Shown in pieces: positions 8,930 through 17,061 of a stretch of DNA of 32,000 nt. How positions within the stretch are numbered: position 1 is the stretch's first letter; each line of letters opens with the position of its first letter. The position numbers were made by a program, and so were the translations under genes. This stretch comes from Nitrososphaeraceae archaeon (GTDB lineage Archaea; Thermoproteota; Nitrososphaeria; Nitrososphaerales; Nitrososphaeraceae), in contig JBJMFM010000010.1 of the NCBI GenBank assembly GCA_045808425.1, positions 12,044 through 44,043 of the forward strand, written 5' to 3'. The notes under the pieces are model-generated. The model made no database searches, was not told the origin of the DNA, and worked only from the letters and a program-made list of their open reading frames with translations.

Positions 8930-9883
8930 TCAGGCCAGAGGGTTTTTATTTATGATTTCGTCCAGACATTCTATAATATCGCTTTTTGCAATAGGTATAG
9001 GATTATTGTCAAGATGGCCCCGATCTGGCATTATTACATCTGCTGCTTTATCAAGCGGTTGCTTTAGAGTTAAAGGTTCGAATTTTAATTTTTGACAAAT
9101 CCGCTTAAATCGTTCGTAATATATAGACTTGTTAAATTTATGTGCAACAGTAGTGCACGACGACAGAGCATATCCATGAGGTACACCTTCGTTTGAAAAT
9201 ACATATGATAGAGCATGACCTAAAGTAGTAGAGGCATTTCCAAAACCTATGCCTGAGAGCATTGCTCCATATGGCAGCAAGTGAGATTTATCGTTGATAA
9301 TAGCATCCTCTAAAATATCAAACGCTTCTCTGCAAAATAGTTTTGTAAATGGATTGGCAAGCTTACTGTCAAATGCCTCTGAGGCCTGAGCGGCTGCGTC
9401 ACATGCAGAATTTCTCATAATATTAAATGGCGTACCAGGCAAGAAATATGGGTCAACAATCGCTGCATCTGCTAGAAAGGCCTCATCTTGAAGCAATTTT
9501 TTTTTGTGCTCAAAGCTGATAACAGCATAGGTCGTCATCTCCGCGCCAGTCCCGAAAGTTGTTGGAATAAGAATCTTAGGTATGCCTGTGAGTTTACCGA
9601 GATATTTGCATACATCCATCGAGCTTCCACCTCCAAGGCCTATATAAGCAGAAATATCTTTTTTACCTTCATATTCTTTTCTTATTGTTTCAACGGTTTC
9701 AATTGCAGGATCAGGTGTCACCTTGTCGTAGACCTCATAGTTCTTTATCTGCATGTACTCTAGCCATTTATTGTAAATATCAGGAGTTGTTGTCGTTATA
9801 ATTAATGAGTTCTTTGGATATTCAAATTCCTTGGCTGCATTTTCGCCAAAGGCTATTTTTTTTGGAGTCATGACCTTCCACAT
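8930..9883 (-). CDS. Iron-containing (group III) alcohol dehydrogenase family protein, short form
   Basis: Motifs: GLGGGSSMDVCKY (GGGS nucleotide loop) and PTTFGTGAEMT (the PTTAGTGSE-type motif). GHALSY and VPHGYA supply metal-binding histidines. Confidence 0.8.
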   Translation of the reverse strand: MWKVMTPKKIAFGENAAKEFEYPKNSLIITTTTPDIYNKWLEYMQIKNYEVYDKVTPDPAIETVETIRKEYEGKKDISAYIGLGGGSSMDVCKYLGKLTGIPKILIPTTFGTGAEMTTYAVISFEHKKKLLQDEAFLADAAIVDPYFLPGTPFNIMRNSACDAAAQASEAFDSKLANPFTKLFCREAFDILEDAIINDKSHLLPYGAMLSGIGFGNASTTLGHALSYVFSNEGVPHGYALSSCTTVAHKFNKSIYYERFKRICQKLKFEPLTLKQPLDKAADVIMPDRGHLDNNPIPIAKSDIIECLDEIINKNPLA

Positions 9884-10054
9884 AAGAAATCAGGTTATTA
9901 GCTTGGGGTTTTATGCTTTACTGACCTACTAGATATGTTAATGCATAAAAAGAATCATTGTCATTAATTATTATCAGTTAAACCTGCTAATTTAGCGCCT
10001 TCGTCTGCGTGCATATCTGTTTTAATTTGTTTTGGTCGTCGATGGCAACGACGA

Positions 10055-10513
10055 TTAGCTGGTAGACGATGTTTTAAGTATGTTTTGAATATCTATGATT
10101 TTCCTAGAGTATAAAACAGTAATTAATATCATTGCGAATAGCACCAGCCCAAGACCGAGGTGCACCGTTACCAGCATTGCATGCAATCGTTCTACTATTA
10201 CTACTGCGCCGAGAGTTATTTGGCCTATGGCAGCACAGCTAGCAATTGTCGAGGCTATTTTCATTGCCTTTGGGGTAATTTTTGACCTTAAGGTGAAGAA
10301 CATGGTGAGAAATACTAACAAGGCAGTTGTAGCAGCCACAGACCTGTGAAAGTACTCTATAAGAAATTCGCTCATAGGAACAAAACCAGCAGGACAAAGT
10401 GGCCATTTAGGACATGTTAGTCCTACCCCTGAAGCGCTGACATAACCGCCTATAAACATAAGAGTAAAGACTGATCCAAGCGTGACAAGAGGAAGCGTTT
10501 TGATGAGCGCCAT
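10055..10513 (-). CDS. ctaA: Compact (4-TM) heme A synthase
   Basis: 152 aa with four predicted TM helices. GLTCPKWPLCP matches the CtaA/Cox15 Cys-pair motif. IEYFHRSVA and HAMLVTVHLG supply the heme-ligand His positions. It lies downstream of the oxidase genes on the same strand. Confidence 0.7.
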   Translation of the reverse strand: MALIKTLPLVTLGSVFTLMFIGGYVSASGVGLTCPKWPLCPAGFVPMSEFLIEYFHRSVAATTALLVFLTMFFTLRSKITPKAMKIASTIASCAAIGQITLGAVVIVERLHAMLVTVHLGLGLVLFAMILITVLYSRKIIDIQNILKTSSTS

Positions 10514-10637
10514 ATTATGATTATAATATATACCTTTTTTTCTTCTTTCTCCGGCTATGTCTGATACTTTAAATCAATTGTCAATGTCGCCAGCAAGTGA
10601 TAAATTGTGCTGCTACTATAATACCAGAGCATTCAGA

Positions 10638-11666
10638 TCACTGAACTTTTAGTGTTCCTGTCATATACGGATGAAGGTCACAGTGGAAAGGATATTCACC
10701 TGCCTTGAGACTAGCTGTAGAAAATTTCCCTGATGCGCTAGGACTGATAATGCTTGTATCAAAATCCTTACCTTTATTTGGATCCTCTAATGTTTTGCCA
10801 CTTGTGACTGTGTGTGGACTCTGATCTTTATTTTGTACTTGTACGGTATCACCTGTCTTTACAGACAGGGTAGCAGGCTGATAAGAAGGATTACCCTGAA
10901 CAGAGGCGCCCTGTGGAATAGATAGGGTAGGTCCAGAAGCTGCTGTAGGGGAAGTACTGGCTGTGCCAGCTGCCCCTCCGGCACCAGCAGCCGCTGGACT
11001 TGAAGTAGCATTGCCTTGAGAAGATGAAGACGAAGAAGATGAAGCAGAAGCAGCAGTAACTGTAAGCTTCGCAGTCATATATGGATGTATTTGACAATAA
11101 TACGCCAGTACCTCTCCAACCTTTACATTCTTAATTTCGATGGGATCCGAGTTCGATCCTGCATTGATCATTTTTGTATCAAACGCTTTGCCAGAATTTG
11201 CATCAGTAGCACCAGAACCAGATGTTGCAGTATGCACAGTAGTGTCTTTATTTTGCCATACTACTTTACTTGCAAGTGGTACTTTACCATCCGCTGGTTC
11301 ATAATTGGGATTCCCTTGTACAGAAGCGCCTGCCAATATGGTTATCGCAGTAGCACCAGGTGGAAGAGCGGCGGCAGGCTGTGTGCTTGCAGCCGTACCG
11401 CCACCACCACCAACAGCCCCAGAAGAAGCACCCCCTCCTGCTGTTGTTGTTCCACCCTCAGTACCACCAGAAGACGCTGCTTTTGTTGTAATCGTTGAAA
11501 CAGGCGGTGGATTTTTCGCAAAGTTATGCCAATTTGGGACTGCTACAGCCGCACCAAAAGCTATCACAACAACTATGATCGCAAGGCCTTTTGCCATGCG
11601 TCTGCCGCTAGTTCTAATGATGTGGCTCTCGTCTTCGGTAGTCATAATATTCCTCACTAATACCAA
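10638..11666 (-). CDS. Membrane-anchored protein with two type-1 blue-copper (plastocyanin/amicyanin-like) domains joined by Ser/Ala/Gly/Thr-rich linkers
   Basis: An N-terminal TM anchor (MAKGLAIIVVVIAFGAAVAV) is followed by two cupredoxin ligand sets. These are HTATSG...CQIHPYM and HTVTSG...CDLHPYM (His, Cys-x2-His-x2-Met). The true start is probably Met at 11645 or 11597, which removes most or all of the 53-nt overlap with coxI. Confidence 0.85.
   Translation of the reverse strand: MVLVRNIMTTEDESHIIRTSGRRMAKGLAIIVVVIAFGAAVAVPNWHNFAKNPPPVSTITTKAASSGGTEGGTTTAGGGASSGAVGGGGGTAASTQPAAALPPGATAITILAGASVQGNPNYEPADGKVPLASKVVWQNKDTTVHTATSGSGATDANSGKAFDTKMINAGSNSDPIEIKNVKVGEVLAYYCQIHPYMTAKLTVTAASASSSSSSSSQGNATSSPAAAGAGGAAGTASTSPTAASGPTLSIPQGASVQGNPSYQPATLSVKTGDTVQVQNKDQSPHTVTSGKTLEDPNKGKDFDTSIISPSASGKFSTASLKAGEYPFHCDLHPYMTGTLKVQ
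10645..10949. repeat. Copy A of a 305-bp direct repeat (partner at 13433-13737)
   Basis: Manual alignment shows 5 substitutions and no indels over 305 bp (about 98% identity). It covers the C-terminal cupredoxin domain and the first bases after the stop codon. Confidence 0.9.
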
Positions 11667-13137
11667 ACGGATCTCTCATATCTGCTAGCTTACCGCTGCC
11701 CGCGCTTTTTATCAAGTTCACAAGCATTAGTATATAGGAAGGTCCGATCATCCAGGCGCCTACTGAAGCTATTTGGTTCATTATAATTAGCGCAGGAACC
11801 GGCAAATAGTCAAATACTCTTCTTGGCATTCCTTGTAATCCAAGCAAATGCTGAGTCATAAATACCAATATGATGCCTATGAATGCTACCGCAAAGTGAA
11901 CCTTGGCCCACTTTTCATTGTACATTCTTCCTGTAATTAATGGGAACAGGTAATAGATGAAGCCTGTAAATATAAGAGAGACAGTTCCCATCAACAACAA
12001 GTGAAAGTGTCCAACAACAAAGTAGCTGTCATGTGTGATAAAGTCCAATGGCATGGCTGTATTTACTACTCCTCCTGCACCTGACGTAAAGAATAACATG
12101 ATACCGCCTACCGCGAACAACATCGGGGCTGCAAATCTGATTCTTCCACCCCACATTGTTGCTATCCAATTGAAAACATGCATAGACGAAGCAGGTACGG
12201 CAGCCAACGTTCCTACCATAAACACAGTCTTTTCAGTGAAACTCATGCCTGTTGCAAACATATGATGAGCCCATGAAGCAAATCCAATTGTGCCTAACAA
12301 TATGAATGCTGTTACTCCTGACTGGTAACTGAAGATCGGTTTCCTAGAGAATTTAGGTATAAGCTCATAAGCCATACCTACAGCTGGTATCAAGAATATA
12401 TACACCTCAGGATGGAATGTAAACCAGAACAGATGCTGGTATGCAATTGGATCTCCACCCATGGCTGGATTGAAAAAGCCAGATATACCGAGTCTATCAG
12501 TATACGTCATAATCAGTGCAGACGCCACTGTTGGCATCGAAACAATTATCATAAATGATGTTATTAGAGTAGCCCACGCAAATAATGACATTTTCATTAT
12601 TGGCAAATCAGGATGCTTCATCTTTAGTATAGTAACGACGAAGTTAATCGAACCAAGTATAGAAGAAATTCCAAGGATCTTCATACCAAAGACCCACATG
12701 TCGGCAGCAGGTCCTGCGGCCCTAATAATAGAATATGGAGGATAAGCTGTCCAGCCAGTATCGGAGAACCCCAGCCATATTAGTGCACCTGCAACAGGGA
12801 TCATCCAGTAGGCTACCGCATTTAGCTTTGGCCATGCCATATCTTTGTATCTGACCATAATAGGGATGAGATAGTTTCCTACACCAGCTCCGAAAGGAAT
12901 TACCCATAATAGCAACATCGTAGTTCCATGTACTGTGAAGAAGCGTTCAAAATCATTTGGACTTGAGAATATTTGCTGCCCGGGTAAGAATAGCTCTGCA
13001 CGTATTGCAAGCGCAAGTCCACCTCCAGCTATAAGAAACGCAATTGATGTTATAATGTAAAGCAGACCAATATCTGTGTGATGAGTAGAAAAAAGAATCT
13101 CCCACATAGGACGAGGCTTCTTAACTTCTAGAACCAA
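11614..13137 (-). CDS. coxA: Heme-copper oxidase subunit I
   Basis: 507 aa and polytopic. Motifs: HHTDIGLLY, WFTFHPEVYIFLIP (CuB His region), WAHHMFATG and VVGHFHLLLMG (heme ligands). The start is TTG at 13137 or ATG at 13107. Confidence 0.97.
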   Translation of the reverse strand: MVLEVKKPRPMWEILFSTHHTDIGLLYIITSIAFLIAGGGLALAIRAELFLPGQQIFSSPNDFERFFTVHGTTMLLLWVIPFGAGVGNYLIPIMVRYKDMAWPKLNAVAYWMIPVAGALIWLGFSDTGWTAYPPYSIIRAAGPAADMWVFGMKILGISSILGSINFVVTILKMKHPDLPIMKMSLFAWATLITSFMIIVSMPTVASALIMTYTDRLGISGFFNPAMGGDPIAYQHLFWFTFHPEVYIFLIPAVGMAYELIPKFSRKPIFSYQSGVTAFILLGTIGFASWAHHMFATGMSFTEKTVFMVGTLAAVPASSMHVFNWIATMWGGRIRFAAPMLFAVGGIMLFFTSGAGGVVNTAMPLDFITHDSYFVVGHFHLLLMGTVSLIFTGFIYYLFPLITGRMYNEKWAKVHFAVAFIGIILVFMTQHLLGLQGMPRRVFDYLPVPALIIMNQIASVGAWMIGPSYILMLVNLIKSAGSGKLADMRDPFGISEEYYDYRRREPHH

Positions 13138-13425
13138 TGCACATATCCACCTATTTTGTACATATGATTCTTAATGTAAATAAAAGTATTTTGTTTTTCA
13201 GTTATGTAAGATATAGTGTGGTTGCAATTTATTAAGTAAATAGCAAAAAAACTCACACATACCTTGCTTGTTAGTAAGGAATCTATCCGAATAGAACAAG
13301 TTCATTTACAAAGAGTCGAAGATTGGTGAAACCTTGGGGGCATGTTTATGGTTGCTGTTTACTAACGAGTAGCGCGTTTCAGTGTATATAATATTTACTT
13401 CGCTTAACTATTGCTGTTCTTTCAC

Positions 13426-14253
13426 CTATTGCACTTTTAGTGTTCCTGTCATATACGGATGAAGGTCACAGTGGAAAGGATATTCACCTGCCTTGAGACT
13501 AGCTGTAGAAATTTTCGCTGATGCGCTAGGACTGATAATGCTTGTATCAAAATCCTTACCTTTATTGGGATCCTCTAATGTTTTGCCACTTGTGACTGTG
13601 TGTGGACTCTGGTCTTTATTTAGTACTTGTACGGTATCACCTGTCTTTACAGACAGGGTAGCAGGCTGATAAGAAGGATTACCCTGAACAGAGGCGCCCT
13701 GTGGAATAGATAGGGTAGGTCCAGAAGCTGCTGTAGGAGTGGCAGAACTTGTAGTTCCACCGCTTGGAGCGGCAGGACCTGCTCCTCCTACTGCGGAGGT
13801 TTCGTTAGTAGGAGCGTAATCAAAACCTTTCGCAGTTGCTGGTTCCACTAACACTTTTGCTCTCATGTTATAGTGTAATAAACCACAATACTCTCTGCAT
13901 TGAATCAGGTATTCTCCGGGCTGATCAAAGACATTCCATACCGTGTTAACTCTACCTGGAACTGCATCCATAAGTATGGTAAAGTCAGGGATATTAAATG
14001 AGTGAATGACATCTTTAGAAACGGTTTCAAATCTGTATGGTACACCAGCTTTTACATGCAGCTGACCAACTTCTTGTGTTCCATTAGCATGTTCAAAAGT
14101 CCAGAACCACTGCTGGCCTATTGCCTTAATAGTTTGAGCCTGAGGAGGAATAGCCTCTAGTCTATGTTCAGTATTCCAAGCGTCGGCTCCTACCCATGTA
14201 AGAAGCGCTATTACGACGCCAACATAAAGCCACTCATATGTTGCATGACCCAT
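13426..14253 (-). CDS. coxB: Heme-copper oxidase subunit II (CuA domain) fused to a C-terminal type-1 blue-copper domain
   Basis: It has one TM helix, then QQWFWTFEH and DVIHSFNIPDF. The complete CuA motif is CREYCGLLHYNM (C-x-E-x-C-G-x2-H-x2-M). A Gly/Ala/Ser/Thr linker follows, then a cupredoxin with HTVTSG and CDLHPYM. Confidence 0.92.
   Translation of the reverse strand: MGHATYEWLYVGVVIALLTWVGADAWNTEHRLEAIPPQAQTIKAIGQQWFWTFEHANGTQEVGQLHVKAGVPYRFETVSKDVIHSFNIPDFTILMDAVPGRVNTVWNVFDQPGEYLIQCREYCGLLHYNMRAKVLVEPATAKGFDYAPTNETSAVGGAGPAAPSGGTTSSATPTAASGPTLSIPQGASVQGNPSYQPATLSVKTGDTVQVLNKDQSPHTVTSGKTLEDPNKGKDFDTSIISPSASAKISTASLKAGEYPFHCDLHPYMTGTLKVQ
13433..13737. repeat. Copy B of the 305-bp direct repeat (partner at 10645-10949)
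   Basis: See copy A. The same orientation and the same reading frame are used in both genes. Confidence 0.9.
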
Positions 14254-14588
14254 TATCTATATGTGCCCTCCGTTGGCTCGCGAGGTATAATATTCTTTTT
14301 ATTACCTTCTCTGAATCTCCATCCAACATAGATAATACTACCCTGAACAACGGCACCTACAACAAAGGCTGCTACCATGCCTCTGTAAAAAAGAGCCCAA
14401 ATCTCAACTCTTCTATTAAGATACTGCTGTGCTTGAGAAGAAGTAGATGATTCTTGAGCGAAGGCTGGCAGAATAACAAGACTTAAAATGAATATTGCAG
14501 CAAGAGGACAAAGAACTGCTAAAAGCAATCCCAAATTTGATCTTAGTAATTTCATGTGTGTTACTATTCCTCTGTTTTCAGTGCACAA
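14253..14588 (-). CDS. Small membrane protein resembling the signal peptide plus first TM helix of oxidase subunit II
   Basis: 111 aa. It has a signal-like segment LGLLLAVLCPLAAIFILSLVILPAFA, then a TM helix IWALFYRGMVAAFVVGAVVQGSIIYVGWRFRE. Its stop overlaps the coxB start by 1 nt (TAATG). Confidence 0.5.
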   Translation of the reverse strand: MCTENRGIVTHMKLLRSNLGLLLAVLCPLAAIFILSLVILPAFAQESSTSSQAQQYLNRRVEIWALFYRGMVAAFVVGAVVQGSIIYVGWRFREGNKKNIIPREPTEGTYR

Positions 14589-14782
14589 TAAGTTCTGTTA
14601 TCTAATTTAAGGTTTTTGAAAACTATTCTAAATATTGTCTTATTAAATAATTAGTCAGCTATTAGAGCATTTATTATGGGACTGATGAAGACTTCATTTT
14701 TATCAGGATCAAAACGGGTAACATGCAACGATTTGTGATTCGGTGCTCTCTCCACAAGGGAACTAGATTAGAAGGTGTGGAG

Positions 14783-14882
14783 CAGTGAATTGTGCCCGCT
14801 CCTATAAGGAAAGACAATAGTTAAGTTGTGCTACAAACTTTATTCAGTGGATCGTCCCCACCCCTATAATGAAAGACGATAT
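14783..14882. repeat. Two imperfect 38-nt direct repeats (14783-14820 and 14845-14882) at a 62-bp offset in the oxidase upstream region
   Basis: Ungapped alignment gives 30/38 identical positions. The shared core is CCTATAA(G/T)GAAAGAC(A/G)ATA, which contains a TATA-like element. Confidence 0.6.
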
Positions 14883-14934
14883 ATGTGTTACAACATATAC
14901 CCGAAAAGCAACGAGATATCCATATCAGTTGATT

Positions 14935-16062
14935 TTACAGCGCATTCACAAATTGACTCTGCAATTTTCTTTTCTCTGCCTTCATCAGATAAACGATGCC
15001 TATCACCAAAGAAAGTTCCAAAGTCTTATCTAATATTCCACCTAGGTCTACATCTTCTGGTACATTATTTGGTGAAAGAGGGGGTGGAAATATAACTGAA
15101 TACGTATAAAGTCCCAATAATATCGCGCTGCCTACCAATCCAAAGAGATTGACTATAATACTCTTGCGATAATACGATTTTGCAAATTCTCTGCTTTTAC
15201 CTAGTATTGATTCGCCTGCAATAGTAAGCAATACATACAACATGCTATAAGCAATCTGAGAGGCTCCCGCAGCTAATAAAAATATGCTATACTCTATCCT
15301 AAGACCACCGTGTTCAGAATAAACTGCTAGGTGTACAATACCTGATGAAATTGCCAACAGAAGAACTGAATATTTTATGACTTCGTCTTTCGTCAAGTTT
15401 GGATAAAGGCTGTTACCCCTGTGTTTTATTCTATTTCTATATGTGAATAGCAAAACTACTCCAAAAATAATAATAGCTGATAGTATTCCCACGAATACTG
15501 CTATGTTAAAGATGTTTCCAAAGTTCTCAGAAACAGATACATTGAAAACTGCTCTATCGCAACTGCAGTTTAAGTTACTGCTAAGGACGTTTCTGGGAGG
15601 ATCTACGCCATACAAGTTTACATGATTGCTATTAGTAGCACCGTCAGCAATACTGATGACTATTTCATAGAGCCCTATCCTTGGAAAGGTATAGAATAGA
15701 TCGAAATCTCCTAAATTTTGCTTTGTCCAGGGATATACGCTGATCCTCTCTCCGGTACTTACAGAATAGATTTCTACCATCGTTAAGACATTATATACAT
15801 CATTACCGTTCATATTATCCTGGATACTAAAGCTAATTTTGGTAGGATGTTTCGGGGGAGTATATTCGGGGTCGAGTTGTTCATTTATGTAATATTTGCC
15901 CAATCCTATTCCACCTGTATTGTAATGCGCTAAATGACTAAAATGTGCATAAGACTGTGGTACGAGATATGAACAACTAGAAAACAATATTATCAGGATG
16001 CAAGCTAGTATTAAAAAAGTATTTTTATAAACACCTATTTTAAATGGTGTTTGTCTAGCCAT
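14935..16062 (-). CDS. Uncharacterised membrane protein: signal peptide, extracytoplasmic beta-rich domain with a His-rich mature N-terminus, and five C-terminal TM helices
   Basis: 375 aa. A signal/anchor segment (FLILACILIILFSSCSYLV) is followed by AHFSHLAHYNTGG and then a beta-sandwich-like segment (KISFSIQD...LYEIVISI). Five hydrophobic helices follow, one carrying IVHLAVYSEHG. It sits directly upstream of the oxidase cluster on the same strand. Confidence 0.6.
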   Translation of the reverse strand: MARQTPFKIGVYKNTFLILACILIILFSSCSYLVPQSYAHFSHLAHYNTGGIGLGKYYINEQLDPEYTPPKHPTKISFSIQDNMNGNDVYNVLTMVEIYSVSTGERISVYPWTKQNLGDFDLFYTFPRIGLYEIVISIADGATNSNHVNLYGVDPPRNVLSSNLNCSCDRAVFNVSVSENFGNIFNIAVFVGILSAIIIFGVVLLFTYRNRIKHRGNSLYPNLTKDEVIKYSVLLLAISSGIVHLAVYSEHGGLRIEYSIFLLAAGASQIAYSMLYVLLTIAGESILGKSREFAKSYYRKSIIVNLFGLVGSAILLGLYTYSVIFPPPLSPNNVPEDVDLGGILDKTLELSLVIGIVYLMKAEKRKLQSQFVNAL

Positions 16063-16285
16063 TATGACATGTGTATGGCAATGCGATAATATAATGTATA
16101 GTCATAGTATATTATACTGCTCGAGTGGAGGTGTAGCACACAAGCTGATGGCACACCAGATGACGCTTTACACATAAAGATATGATCGTAATTCAAAGAG
16201 GCACAAATACTAACAGCATTTATCATAATATAACATGTTTGTAGTCAAGAAATCAGGCAACCGGTGATTTATTGCAATTTATCAA

Positions 16286-16918
16286 TTACTCCTTTATGTA
16301 ACGATCCATCCCCATTACATTGACACCACTTAGGGAGTAAACGTTGCTCTCATGTTTTAAAATCGTTAATGATGCATTTTGTATATGCCAGTTATAAAGG
16401 GCTCGGGGATTCAGATCAAGTAGAGTGGATAGTGCAGCCTTGATGGGGTCTAAATGAGTTATTAACAGTACATTTTTGTCTTGGTGGTTTTTCATAACTT
16501 CATCTAACAAGTGTCTTATTCTTAATTTTACAGAACAAAAACTCTCGACACCATATCTTGTCAGCATTGAGTCGCTATCAGCATAGAATTTTAAGAATAA
16601 ATTTCCAAACTTTTGAATTATTTCTTCAAAATTCATGCCAACTAGCTTGCCAAGCTCAATTTCGTATAACCTTTCGTCTATCTGATAGTCCAGTTCTAAA
16701 ATTTTGCAAACGATCTTTGCAGTTTCGATGGTTCTGATGACAGGACTTACATACACTTTTTGAATAGGTATATTCTTCAAGTACTTGGCTGTATCGGCTA
16801 CCTGCTTTTTGCCATATTCAGTGAGATGTGATTCAATGTGCCTACCAACAAGTATTCTCTTGACGTTATTATCCGCTTGTCCGTGGCGCATCAATATTGC
16901 TAGCGGCAATTCACCCAA
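16286..16918 (-). CDS. Histidine phosphatase (phosphoglycerate mutase-like) family protein
   Basis: LMRHGQADNN contains the catalytic RHG motif. VSPVIRTIETA and LLITHLDPI carry the second catalytic His. The start is TTG. Confidence 0.8.
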   Translation of the reverse strand: MGELPLAILMRHGQADNNVKRILVGRHIESHLTEYGKKQVADTAKYLKNIPIQKVYVSPVIRTIETAKIVCKILELDYQIDERLYEIELGKLVGMNFEEIIQKFGNLFLKFYADSDSMLTRYGVESFCSVKLRIRHLLDEVMKNHQDKNVLLITHLDPIKAALSTLLDLNPRALYNWHIQNASLTILKHESNVYSLSGVNVMGMDRYIKE

Positions 16919-17061
16919 ACTTTACATCTAGAGCATATTAATTTTGACTGGCTGCGGTAATATGATAATATGAGGAGATGTGTTTTCTTTCAGTTGCACA
17001 GCGAATCGCCTTGCTTCCTGATATCCTTATATCTGATCTTTTGTGAAATGAGTCATACCAC

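Noticed and set aside
11085-11688. Two plus-strand ORFs (137 aa and 127 aa) rich in Pro/Ala/Cys/Arg
   Set aside because: They are antisense to the double-cupredoxin gene. Their open frames are a by-product of the GC-rich Ser/Ala/Gly/Thr linker codons on the other strand.
14826-15095. 89-aa plus-strand ORF at the oxidase upstream region
   Set aside because: Its 3' two-thirds overlap the end of the 375-aa membrane protein gene on the opposite strand. Its 5' part coincides with the 38-nt repeat, which is better explained as regulatory DNA.
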